DNA of 64,000 nucleotides, from positions 10,969-74,968 of the forward strand of contig CANQPW010000001.1 of the NCBI GenBank assembly GCA_947625855.1. Reading direction: 5' to 3'. The notes under the pieces were generated by a model. That model did no database searches, had not been told where the DNA came from, and saw only the letters and a program-made list of their open reading frames with translations. The stretch is from an uncultured Clostridia bacterium. Lineage in GTDB: Bacteria > Bacillota > Clostridia > TANB77 > CAG-465. Of this stretch, positions 40,133 through 49,369 are shown piece by piece (position 1 is the stretch's first letter; every line of letters starts with the position of its first letter). The position numbers and the translations under genes were made by a program.

Positions 40133-41449
40133 CTACTTCTTTTTCATATTTTCTAAGAAAACTTTTATAAAATCTTTATTATTTTTTGTTTTAACTATTA
40201 TATTCATAATTTTATCTACAATTTCAATGTTAGATAAATTAGTATTATTTGAAGACATTAGTCTACGTATATATGTACTACATTCTTGTTCTTCTTTTGT
40301 AAGTAGTAAATCATCCCTTCTTGTTCCAGATTTATATATATCAATTGCTGGGAATATTCTTCTTTCAGATAATTTTCTATCAAGATGTACTTCCATATTT
40401 CCAGTACCCTTAAATTCTTCAAATATAATATCGTCCATTCTACTTCCTGTATCTGCTAAAACTGTTGCAAGTATTGTTAGGCTTCCACCATTTTCAATAT
40501 TTCTTGCTGCTCCAAAAAATTTCTTTGGAAAGTTTAAACATGCAGGATCTAATCCTCCTGATAATGTTCTTCCACTTGGTTCTACTTCCAAATTATTTGC
40601 CCTTGTAAGTCTTGTTAGGCTATCAAGTAGTATTACAACATCCTTGTTTTGTTCAACTAATCTTTTAGCACGTTCAAGTACCATCTTTGATACTTTAATA
40701 TGATGCTCTGGTGACTCATCAAAAGTAGAATGTATTACTTCTGCATCAATTGATCTTTCAATATCTGTTACTTCTTCAGGTCTTTCATCAATTAATAATA
40801 CCATTAACATAACATCTGGATTATTAGATAAAATACCATTTGCAATTTGTTTTAAAATTGTTGTTTTACCAGCTTTTGGTTGTGCAACGATAAGACCACG
40901 TTGTCCCTTTCCAATTGGTGCTAATATATCAATTATTCTTGTTGAATATTCTGTCTGCTTTGTCTCAAGTCTTAACCTATCAGTTGGATATATTGGAATT
41001 AAAGTATCAAAATTTCTTCTTTTTAAAGCAAGCTCTACTCTATCATCATTTATTGCATCTATATATATTAAAGATGGAAATTTATTTTGAGGATCACTTG
41101 TAAATCTTGCAATACCTCTAAGTTTATCTCCAGTTGCAAGCTTAAATCTTCTTATTTGAACTTGTGATACATAAATATCTTTATTTCCTGGTAAATAATT
41201 GTCACTTCTTAAGAAACCAAATCCATCTGCAAGAACTTCTAAAATTCCTTCAGCAATATAATCTGTTTCAGGATTTTCAATTTGAATACTTATCTTTTCT
41301 TCAATTTCATGATTATCCTCTAGATTTTTTATAATTTCTTCTACTAGATATTCCTTTTTTAGTCTTTCATATCCCTCTAATTTCAAGCTTTCAGCAAGTG
41401 TTCTTAATTCTGCAAGCGTTGATTTTTTTAAATCTTCCTTTGTGTACAT
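40133..41449 (-). CDS. rho: Transcription termination factor Rho
   Basis: N-terminal RNA-binding OB domain and RecA-like ATPase with Walker A (AQPKAGKTT). 438 aa. Confidence 0.9.
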   Translation of the reverse strand: MYTKEDLKKSTLAELRTLAESLKLEGYERLKKEYLVEEIIKNLEDNHEIEEKISIQIENPETDYIAEGILEVLADGFGFLRSDNYLPGNKDIYVSQVQIRRFKLATGDKLRGIARFTSDPQNKFPSLIYIDAINDDRVELALKRRNFDTLIPIYPTDRLRLETKQTEYSTRIIDILAPIGKGQRGLIVAQPKAGKTTILKQIANGILSNNPDVMLMVLLIDERPEEVTDIERSIDAEVIHSTFDESPEHHIKVSKMVLERAKRLVEQNKDVVILLDSLTRLTRANNLEVEPSGRTLSGGLDPACLNFPKKFFGAARNIENGGSLTILATVLADTGSRMDDIIFEEFKGTGNMEVHLDRKLSERRIFPAIDIYKSGTRRDDLLLTKEEQECSTYIRRLMSSNNTNLSNIEIVDKIMNIIVKTKNNKDFIKVFLENMKKK

Positions 41450-41468
41450 AATTTCACTCTCCTTATTA

Positions 41469-42782
41469 TTATATTACTTTAGCAAATAAATCATACTCAT
41501 TAAAATCTATTATTTTAACTTTTGTATATTCACCAACTATAACCTTCTTTGTACTTTCATCATCTATTTTTATATATATTCTTCCATCTACATCTGGTGC
41601 CTCAAGTCTAGACCTACAAACAAAATATTTTTCATCTTCTGATATATCTTCAACTATTACTTCATATTCTTTACCCATTCTATTTTTATTTGCATTTAAA
41701 GATACTTTTGATTGAACCTCAAATACTTTTTTAAGTCTTTCTTCTTTTACATTTTGAGGTATTTGTCCATCCATAGAATATGCTTTTGTATCTTCTTCTC
41801 TAGAATATGTAAATGCTCCAAGTCTATCAAATTTTAATTTTTTTATTCCATCTAAAAGCTCCTCAAATTCTTCTTCAGTTTCGGTAGGAAAACCAGTTAT
41901 CACAGTCGTCCTTAATACTGCATCTGGAACCATTTTTCTAATTTTATCTACTCTATCATAAATTATCTCTTTTGTATCATGTCTATTCATTAATTTTAAT
42001 ATTCTATCATTTAAGTGTTGTATAGGAATATCAAAATATTTACATACTTTTTTATTATTTGCTATTTCTTGTATTAACTCATCAGTTGTTTCAAACAAAT
42101 ACATATATAATATTCTTATCCATTTTACTCCATCAATTTTGCTCATTTTATTTAGAAGTTCTGCAAGCATTAACTTGCCATATATATCAAGACCATATTT
42201 TGAAGTATCTTGAGATATAATACAAAATTCACTTATTCCCTCTTTAGCAAGTAATTCTACTTCATTTAAAATGTCTTCCATTTTTCTACTTTTAAAACTA
42301 CCTCTAATATTTGGAATTGCACAATAACTACATCTATTATCGCACCCATCAGATATTCTTATATATGCTAAAGGAAAATTTGTTGATATAACTCTGTCAT
42401 TAAAATCTAATTTATGAATTAAAAACTTCTGATTAAAAAATTTTGATAGAATTTGCTCAATATTTTCATATTCATCTACACCAATACATAAATCTACTTC
42501 GGGAAGTGTTTCTAAAATCTCTTTTTTATATCTTTTTACTAAACAACCTGTTGCAATTAAAGCTTTACATTTTCCATACACTTTATAATCTGCCATCTCA
42601 AGTATTGTATCTATTGCCTCTACTTTCGCTGATTCTATAAATCCACAAGTATTTACAATTATTACATCAGCATTTTTAGGATCACTTACAATATTAAAAC
42701 CATTTTTCTTAAAAAAGCCAAGTATCATTTCACTATCTACTTGATTTTTACTACATCCAAGTGTTACTAAACCAACATTCAT
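41469..42782 (-). CDS. rimO: Radical-SAM methylthiotransferase (MTTase domain, radical SAM, TRAM), most likely ribosomal protein S12 methylthiotransferase
   Basis: N-terminal MTTase domain (VGLVTLGCSKNQVDSE), CxxxCxxC (CDNRCSYC), C-terminal TRAM. The 437-aa length fits RimO better than MiaB. Confidence 0.65.
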   Translation of the reverse strand: MNVGLVTLGCSKNQVDSEMILGFFKKNGFNIVSDPKNADVIIVNTCGFIESAKVEAIDTILEMADYKVYGKCKALIATGCLVKRYKKEILETLPEVDLCIGVDEYENIEQILSKFFNQKFLIHKLDFNDRVISTNFPLAYIRISDGCDNRCSYCAIPNIRGSFKSRKMEDILNEVELLAKEGISEFCIISQDTSKYGLDIYGKLMLAELLNKMSKIDGVKWIRILYMYLFETTDELIQEIANNKKVCKYFDIPIQHLNDRILKLMNRHDTKEIIYDRVDKIRKMVPDAVLRTTVITGFPTETEEEFEELLDGIKKLKFDRLGAFTYSREEDTKAYSMDGQIPQNVKEERLKKVFEVQSKVSLNANKNRMGKEYEVIVEDISEDEKYFVCRSRLEAPDVDGRIYIKIDDESTKKVIVGEYTKVKIIDFNEYDLFAKVI

Positions 42783-42937
42783 AACTTTCTCCTTTCAGTC
42801 ATAGCAAATTATAGCACAAAAAGTCACAAAAATAAAGTAATGCGACAAAATTTAACAAAAATACAACATTTATTACATAATTCTACAAAATATTCCATAT
42901 AAGTTAAGATGTCTGAGAAAAAACTCAGACATCAAAA

Positions 42938-43537
42938 TTACATAACTACTTTTCTATTTGCAAGAACTGGCTGTATTTGTTTACCATCAAAAGCATCTTC
43001 TAACGTCTTAATTACATATGTATAATCAAGAACTAAAGACTTTGGTTTTTTAGAATAATCATCTTGCCTAAATGGTATAAAATACATATTTTTTGTATCT
43101 ATAAGCTCTGCAATGTTTTTAAGGGATTTACCTAGTCCATCATTTGTTGAAACACCAATTACAACCGGTTTATTATTTCTTATATGCCCTTTTACTGCCA
43201 TTAATACTGGAGTATCTGTAATTCCATTTGCAAGTTTTGCAAGAGTATTACCAGTACAAGGACATATTAAAATTATATCAACAAGATTTTTAGGTCCTAC
43301 AACTTCTGCATCTACAATACTATCTATTACTTTATTTTCTGTATTTTCTTCTAACATTTTTATAAATTCATCTGCATTATAAAATCTAGTATCAAATTTT
43401 CTTGTAGAATATGACACTATTGGGATTATCTTCTTTACATTTTCTGCCTTTAAAGAATCAATAACACCTTTTACTTCTGAAAAATTACAAAATGAGCCAG
43501 TAACTGCAAGTCCTATTGATTTATTTTCTAATTTCAT
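42938..43537 (-). CDS. dpaB: Dipicolinate synthase subunit B (flavoprotein family)
   Basis: Close match to the SpoVFB pattern throughout: GLAVTGSFC, IDSIVDAEVVGPK, CPCTGNTLAKLANGITDTPVLMAVKGHIRNNKPVVIGVSTND, FIPFRQDD..KKP. Confidence 0.7.
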   Translation of the reverse strand: MKLENKSIGLAVTGSFCNFSEVKGVIDSLKAENVKKIIPIVSYSTRKFDTRFYNADEFIKMLEENTENKVIDSIVDAEVVGPKNLVDIILICPCTGNTLAKLANGITDTPVLMAVKGHIRNNKPVVIGVSTNDGLGKSLKNIAELIDTKNMYFIPFRQDDYSKKPKSLVLDYTYVIKTLEDAFDGKQIQPVLANRKVVM

Positions 43538-43598
43538 AGTACACCTCCCTAATTATAGTTTATGTTATAGGTATACTACTTTGTGAAGATAAATAACT

Positions 43599-44999
43599 TT
43601 ATTTCAAGTTCAAATAATCTTTTGTTGTTTCAACAATAACATCTGTATAGCTTTCTTCATTTGCTATTATATTTTCTATATTAGATAAATTAGTTATATA
43701 ACCTAACTCTAATAAATAAGTTTCAACGCCCATATTTGAATTATAATATGGATTATTTTCATATGTTGGATCTCTACCATCAATGTATGCACCAGTCATA
43801 ATGCCACCAGATTCTCTTATAACACCATAATATGCTGTATTATATGAAACATTATATGGTTCAAATCCAAGTTCTCTTGCATACTCTAAAACTTCTTCAA
43901 ATGCTGCATCATTAAAGTTTCTTACATAAACACCATCATTTTCTTTCCAAGTATTATTTTGAGAATAAGAAGTATTACAATTTAACACTAAATTATTTGC
44001 TAAATTTTCTGCAAATTTTAAATTTGAGCTATTTGGGCAATATACCTCAACACCAGTTAAATCACTATCCCCACTATTTAGGTGCACTGACAGTTGAAAT
44101 TTTGCCTTTACACTATTTGCAATAACATATCTACCATCTTCACCATATGTATCCATTCTAGTTTCATTTTCATTTCTTGTAAGTTTTACCTTAAGTCCTA
44201 ATTTATCAAATTTTTCTTTTAGTTTGAAAGCATAATCAAGAGTTAACTCAGATTCAGTGTAACCATTTGCACTTGCACCACAATCTTCTCCTCCATGTCC
44301 TGCATCTATTACTATATCATAAACATTTGCAGGAAGTTTTGACTCCTTTACATTCATACATAATGTATTTACATCCCTATTTTTTATCTTATTTTCTTTT
44401 ATATCAATTTTATTATTTTTCTTTTTCCTTGTAATTGTATAATACTCTATATCTTTATATTCAGTATTATTTTCTATATTATAATAATGCTCTTTTTTTG
44501 TTTCTTTTTTATCACCATTTTCACCATATGATACTTTATTTGTTATAACTTTTAGTAATATATAATACTCATCTTGATTTATACTTTCTAAATCTATGCC
44601 TGTATTAATTTTATCAGAAGTGGAAAATAAAATTTTATCATTTTCTACGATATAATCTGCATCATAATTGGTTTCATCACCTTGCATATTCTTAAGTATA
44701 ATTTTTGCATCATAAATGTTATCTAAATCATCACTATTATTTACACTTATATTAAAATTTAAGTGTGTTCCATAAACTGTATATTTTTCAAGGCTTGCTG
44801 AAACAAGCTCAATGTTTTCAAATATATCAACTTCTTCTTCACTAGACATTGAATTTAATATTTCATTTTGATTATTATTTGAAATTGTAGATACAGTTTC
44901 TGGATGTATTATGAAATATAGAACACCAAAAACTAAAATTGCAAATAACAATACCGAAATTATTATTATAACGTAATTTGTTTTTTTCTTTTCATTCAT
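43599..44999 (-). CDS. N-acetylmuramoyl-L-alanine amidase (Amidase_3 domain) with N-terminal membrane anchor
   Basis: Amidase_3 motif DIVIDAGHGGED...E...LTLDYAF in the C-terminal half; one N-terminal TM helix. Confidence 0.7.
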   Translation of the reverse strand: MNEKKKTNYVIIIISVLLFAILVFGVLYFIIHPETVSTISNNNQNEILNSMSSEEEVDIFENIELVSASLEKYTVYGTHLNFNISVNNSDDLDNIYDAKIILKNMQGDETNYDADYIVENDKILFSTSDKINTGIDLESINQDEYYILLKVITNKVSYGENGDKKETKKEHYYNIENNTEYKDIEYYTITRKKKNNKIDIKENKIKNRDVNTLCMNVKESKLPANVYDIVIDAGHGGEDCGASANGYTESELTLDYAFKLKEKFDKLGLKVKLTRNENETRMDTYGEDGRYVIANSVKAKFQLSVHLNSGDSDLTGVEVYCPNSSNLKFAENLANNLVLNCNTSYSQNNTWKENDGVYVRNFNDAAFEEVLEYARELGFEPYNVSYNTAYYGVIRESGGIMTGAYIDGRDPTYENNPYYNSNMGVETYLLELGYITNLSNIENIIANEESYTDVIVETTKDYLNLK

Positions 45000-45107
45000 A
45001 AAGGTTCCACCTCTTGTATTTTTAATTATTTTAGCATATAAACTTTATTTATTCAACAATTTTTAAAACACTCATCACCTAAGATGAGTGTTTTTTACTA
45101 TATTCTA

Positions 45108-45716
45108 TTATATTTTTCTAAATAATCCTATTACTTTACCTAATATTTGAACATTGTTTGATATAATAGGTTTCATTGTATCATTTTCTGGTTGAAGTCT
45201 TATATAATCTTTTTCTTTATAAAATGTTTTAACTGTTGCCTCACCATCAATCATAGCAACTACAATTTGTCCATTTCTTGCTGTATCTTGTTTTGAAACA
45301 ATAATATAATCTCCATCATTTATTCCAGCATTTATCATACTTTCCCCTTGTACCTTCAATACAAAGTTTTCATTTTGTAAAGCTTCATTGTTAAAAAAGC
45401 TTTCACCAATTGAAAAATAATCTTCTATATTTTCTTGTGCAAGTATTGGTTCACCTGCTGCAACCTTTCCAACAACTGGAAGTGATATTGTAGATTCACT
45501 ACCAACAACCCTTATAGCTCTTGTTTTTAAATCTTTCTTTGAAATATATCCTTTTTCTGCAAGTCTCCATACATACTGATGAGCAGATGATGTTGACTTA
45601 AATCCTAATGCTGCACATATCTCCCTTACAGATGGTGGATATCCTGTATCCCTTATTTGTTCTTTTATATATTCAAGTACCCTTTCTTCTTGGGCATTTA
45701 ATGTAACCTCACTCAT
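45108..45716 (-). CDS. lexA: LexA repressor (S24 peptidase)
   Basis: wHTH N-terminus, cleavage-site AAGEP-like (VAAGEPI), catalytic Ser (GESM) and Lys. Confidence 0.9.
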   Translation of the reverse strand: MSEVTLNAQEERVLEYIKEQIRDTGYPPSVREICAALGFKSTSSAHQYVWRLAEKGYISKKDLKTRAIRVVGSESTISLPVVGKVAAGEPILAQENIEDYFSIGESFFNNEALQNENFVLKVQGESMINAGINDGDYIIVSKQDTARNGQIVVAMIDGEATVKTFYKEKDYIRLQPENDTMKPIISNNVQILGKVIGLFRKI

Positions 45717-45761
45717 ATAAAAAATCCTCCTTAAAACTTATATTCGAAAAAATTATATCAT

Positions 45762-45782
45762 ACAAATATTTGTTTGTCAAAC
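45762..45782. promoter_or_regulatory. Overlapping palindromes ACAAATATTTGT / GTTTGtCAAAC between lexA and the divergent gene (candidate operator)
   Basis: Perfect 12-bp and 11-bp palindromes seen directly in the sequence. There is no canonical GAAC-N4-GTTC Cheo box in this intergenic region. Confidence 0.3.
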
Positions 45783-45926
45783 ATAAGTTTACTTTTTTAT
45801 TTTGCATTTTATTTTACTTTTTTATGTATACTATTTACTTTAAAAGCACATTATGATATAATATTTTCATCAAAAAATGATTGTATAATATAATTATTAT
45901 ACAAAAAGAAAAAAGAGGAAAAACAT

Positions 45927-46583
45927 ATGTTTATCAAGAAAAGCTTAAAAAATGAGATATCTACCCTAACAGATTTAATGGAGAAAAAATCTGATCTTTT
46001 AGTTGAAATTGAAAGGTTAAAAGCACAAATTACTTCAAAAAATGAAACTATATCAGAACTTGATGAAAAAATTGCCAATATGAAAAAACTATTGACACTT
46101 GACGAAGCAATAAAAAAAATGACAGAAACTCTAGTTAATTTACAAAATTCAATAGATAGAGAACAAATAGCAATTCAAAAGTTAAGAGAAGAACACAAAA
46201 TTACAAAAGAATACATAGAATTAAAAAAAGATACAGATGAATTGCAGCTTAATCTTAGTGAATCAATTGAGAAAAATTTTATTAAAATATTTAGTGTGTA
46301 TCCAAATGTAAAGCCAGTTCACTTTAATGTATTAGAAGCATTAAATAATCCAAGTAGATTAAATACTTTAGAGACTATTATGGTAGCAATTGATGCTCAA
46401 CTTACACATTTTGCTTTATCTCATCATTTAAAACCTGAAACGTATAAGCAGATTATGTTTGATTATAATAAAAACTGGGTAGCTTTATATGACAGCTATG
46501 TTGATAAATATGAAAGTCTTAGTATAACAAACACTCAAAACTTTTCTCTTTTTAATGATTTTATAGTTTTAGTAGATGAATAA
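45927..46583 (+). CDS. Coiled-coil hypothetical protein (218 aa) divergent from lexA
   Basis: RBS AAGAGGAAAAAC; heptad-rich N-terminal 130 aa; no family recognised. Confidence 0.45.
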   Translation: MFIKKSLKNEISTLTDLMEKKSDLLVEIERLKAQITSKNETISELDEKIANMKKLLTLDEAIKKMTETLVNLQNSIDREQIAIQKLREEHKITKEYIELKKDTDELQLNLSESIEKNFIKIFSVYPNVKPVHFNVLEALNNPSRLNTLETIMVAIDAQLTHFALSHHLKPETYKQIMFDYNKNWVALYDSYVDKYESLSITNTQNFSLFNDFIVLVDE

Positions 46584-46613
46584 TGTCGTGGATTTTTTCC
46601 ACGACATTTTTAT
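46584..46613. terminator. Bidirectional terminator tgtcgtgga / tccacgaca
   Basis: Perfect 9-bp stem with T-rich loop and T-run, between convergent genes. Confidence 0.6.
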
Positions 46614-47686
46614 ACTCCAAAACTTATTCCCATATCTTTTGCAGTTATTGCAATATCATCTTTATCTAGTTCTAATATTCTAGGCTTTCTTGTTTTTGGA
46701 AACTTAACTTTTACAAGAGCAGTCTCTTTTGTACCTACTATATATCCTGATTCTCCTTCTAAAAGTAAATTTAATGCATAATTTCCAAGTCTTGCTCCAA
46801 GAATTATATCTGACATTATAGGTTCTCCTCCACGTTGTAAATGTCCAAGTACCATAGCTCTTGATTCATATCCAGTTATTTCTTCAATTTGTGATGCAAG
46901 CTTTTCAGCAATTCCACCATATCTTTTTTGTTCAAAACTATCTTTTAAAATTTTAGATATTGTTTCTTCTTTTCCTTTTTCTTTACAAGCTTCTGATGCT
47001 GCTATTATAACATAACGCTTTCCTGATTTCATTATTTGCTTTACTTTATTACATACTACTTTCAAATCATAATCAAGCTCTGGTAAAAGTATAATATCAG
47101 CTCCTGAAGCAAAGCCAGAATAAAGTGTTAAATATCCTGATGTTCTACCCATTATTTCAACAACAAATACCCTTCTGTGTGAATATGCAGTAGCTTTTAA
47201 ATTTCTTATTGCTTGCACAGAATTTTCAACTGCTGTTTCAAATCCTATTGTAGGCATACTTGCAGACATATCATTATCTATTGTTTTAGGTATACCAATT
47301 GTTGGCATTCCTGCATCATTAATTACTCTTGCAGAATCTAGGGAACCATCTCCACCAACTACAATTAGTCCTTCTACGCCCTGTTTTTTTAAAGCTTTTA
47401 TTGATTCTTCAACTCTATCTTCATACTCATTATTTTTTCCTGCAACAGGATAATGAAAAGGACATTGTTTATTTGATGAACCTATTATAGTTCCTCCCAT
47501 TTTTTCAATATCATATACATCTGATTTTGTAAGTTTAATATATTTTTTTTCTACAAATCCTATATATCCATCTTGTATTCCTAATACTTTTATTTTTTTA
47601 TCTGCAGCAGATAAAACAACTGCTTTTATAACACTATTTAATCCTGCACAATCACCACCAGCAGTCATTATTGCAATTTTTTTCAT
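46610..47686 (-). CDS. pfkA: ATP-dependent 6-phosphofructokinase
   Basis: PFK motifs TAGGDCAGLN, GGDGS, MGR.SG. 358 aa. Confidence 0.85.
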   Translation of the reverse strand: MKKIAIMTAGGDCAGLNSVIKAVVLSAADKKIKVLGIQDGYIGFVEKKYIKLTKSDVYDIEKMGGTIIGSSNKQCPFHYPVAGKNNEYEDRVEESIKALKKQGVEGLIVVGGDGSLDSARVINDAGMPTIGIPKTIDNDMSASMPTIGFETAVENSVQAIRNLKATAYSHRRVFVVEIMGRTSGYLTLYSGFASGADIILLPELDYDLKVVCNKVKQIMKSGKRYVIIAASEACKEKGKEETISKILKDSFEQKRYGGIAEKLASQIEEITGYESRAMVLGHLQRGGEPIMSDIILGARLGNYALNLLLEGESGYIVGTKETALVKVKFPKTRKPRILELDKDDIAITAKDMGISFGV

Positions 47687-47739
47687 ACATCTTCTTCCTT
47701 TCTTATATATTTTTATCTTAAAAATTCTCTATATACCTT

Positions 47740-49140
47740 TTACATGATTTTTTCTTCTTTTGACATTTTTTCACAAGCATATGAAAGTAAAATACTTGGT
47801 ACTTTCTTTTTATTATTTTTTTCTTTTAAATATTTTATTACAACTTCTTTCTTAGTTTTATATAATTCTCTTAAAACCCAACCTGATGCTTTTTGAAATA
47901 AATGATACTCATCATATATTACTTTATCAACAACCCATAAAACTATTTTATCATTTCCTTCTTTTGCATAAGGTAACATTGATACAATACCAATTCTTTT
48001 TTTCCATATATTTTCATCATTTAAGTATTCATTTAATTTTTCTTTTAATTTGCTAACATTTAAAGTATTAAAATATTTTGCAGTTATATTTGGTGCAACT
48101 TCATCAGTTAAATCCCAATTGTTTATGTAACGCATATTTTTTTCTATATATTCATTTATTTTTAAAACTGCCTCTTTATCTTCATTAAACATATATTTTA
48201 CTAAATATGAAAGACAATATATTGCAAATCTCCTATACTCATGATAGTCTGAACTAATATAATCATTTAATATATCTTCATCTACAAATTTATACCATTT
48301 TTTTGCAATTTTTCTAATATTTGGAATATTTATGCCAAGCAACGTATCATGTTCTGCGTATCCTTGTGGTACTATTTGTAGAATAGTTTTTTCAAAATCA
48401 AGATTAACATCTTTTGGTAACATTTCTATGTCATTTTTTATATTAAAACTTAGTATCTTGCTATATAGCTTATTCTTACTTAATTTTATAAGATACATAC
48501 CAATAACAAAACTTTCTACACCATACCTTAATGGTTCTTCAATAGTTTTTATATCTATTCCACCATCAACTTCAATTATATGATTTTCAAATAATACTTT
48601 TGCTGTTCTTAACTTGTCATTTACTTTAGTATTATATTCTTGTCCTCCATATCCTGCCTCTACACTCATTATAAGTATTTTATCAAATAAATCTTTATAT
48701 TTTCTTAATTCTTCAACAGGAGTGTCTGTTTTTATAGCAACACCAATTACAATATTTCTTCCTCTATATTTTAATATTTTGTTTTTTCTTACATTTAGAT
48801 ATTTTAAGGTTTCTTCAAAATTTTCAATTTCATAATGTATAGTTATTTCATCAGCACCAAAAGCTATTGCATTTTCTATATATCTATCAAGTATTGGTTC
48901 TTTTACCATAAGATGGACATCTGTATAAAATCCCATATCTTTTGCAAGTTTTATATAGCCTAAATCTACTCCAATATTATCTACAAACTTTCCATCCATT
49001 ACATCAAAATGAATATTTATATCAAATAAATCCTTACCTATCTTTTTTTTATTAATTTTTTCTTTTACTTCATTTAAAGTATTAAAAAATTCATTTACAT
49101 TTCCAGAATTTAAAATAGAAATTGAAATGCTTTTCCCCAA
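47740..49140 (-). CDS. rpe: Ribulose-phosphate 3-epimerase domain fused to DNA-alkylation-repair (AlkD-like HEAT) domain
   Basis: The N-terminal ~230 aa carry Rpe motifs (HFDVMDG.FV, HLMV, SVEAGYGGQ, EVDGGI). The C-terminal ~230 aa resemble the DNA alkylation repair enzyme family (WDLTDEVAPN..., ASGWVLREL). Single uninterrupted ORF of 466 aa. Confidence 0.55.
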   Translation of the reverse strand: MGKSISISILNSGNVNEFFNTLNEVKEKINKKKIGKDLFDINIHFDVMDGKFVDNIGVDLGYIKLAKDMGFYTDVHLMVKEPILDRYIENAIAFGADEITIHYEIENFEETLKYLNVRKNKILKYRGRNIVIGVAIKTDTPVEELRKYKDLFDKILIMSVEAGYGGQEYNTKVNDKLRTAKVLFENHIIEVDGGIDIKTIEEPLRYGVESFVIGMYLIKLSKNKLYSKILSFNIKNDIEMLPKDVNLDFEKTILQIVPQGYAEHDTLLGINIPNIRKIAKKWYKFVDEDILNDYISSDYHEYRRFAIYCLSYLVKYMFNEDKEAVLKINEYIEKNMRYINNWDLTDEVAPNITAKYFNTLNVSKLKEKLNEYLNDENIWKKRIGIVSMLPYAKEGNDKIVLWVVDKVIYDEYHLFQKASGWVLRELYKTKKEVVIKYLKEKNNKKKVPSILLSYACEKMSKEEKIM

Positions 49141-49369
49141 AATATATCCCTCCTATGTCGTTTATATCTTACTACAAACAATATTTTTTTTCAATAGAAA
49201 AATAATATTGCATACAAAATAATAATTTGTTTTAAAAAAAAACATAATTTTTATGTAAAAAAGCTTGATATATTGACAGTTTATTAGTATAATCTTATTA
49301 ATTTATAGCAAAATTAATATAAATTTATATTAATGCTACAAATTAAACAAAAATTACAGGAGGAAATTT

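Noticed and set aside
45717-45926. Canonical Cheo/LexA box (CGAACnnnnGTTCG) upstream of lexA
   Set aside because: No GAAC or GTTC is present in the intergenic region. Only the non-canonical palindromes reported above are there.
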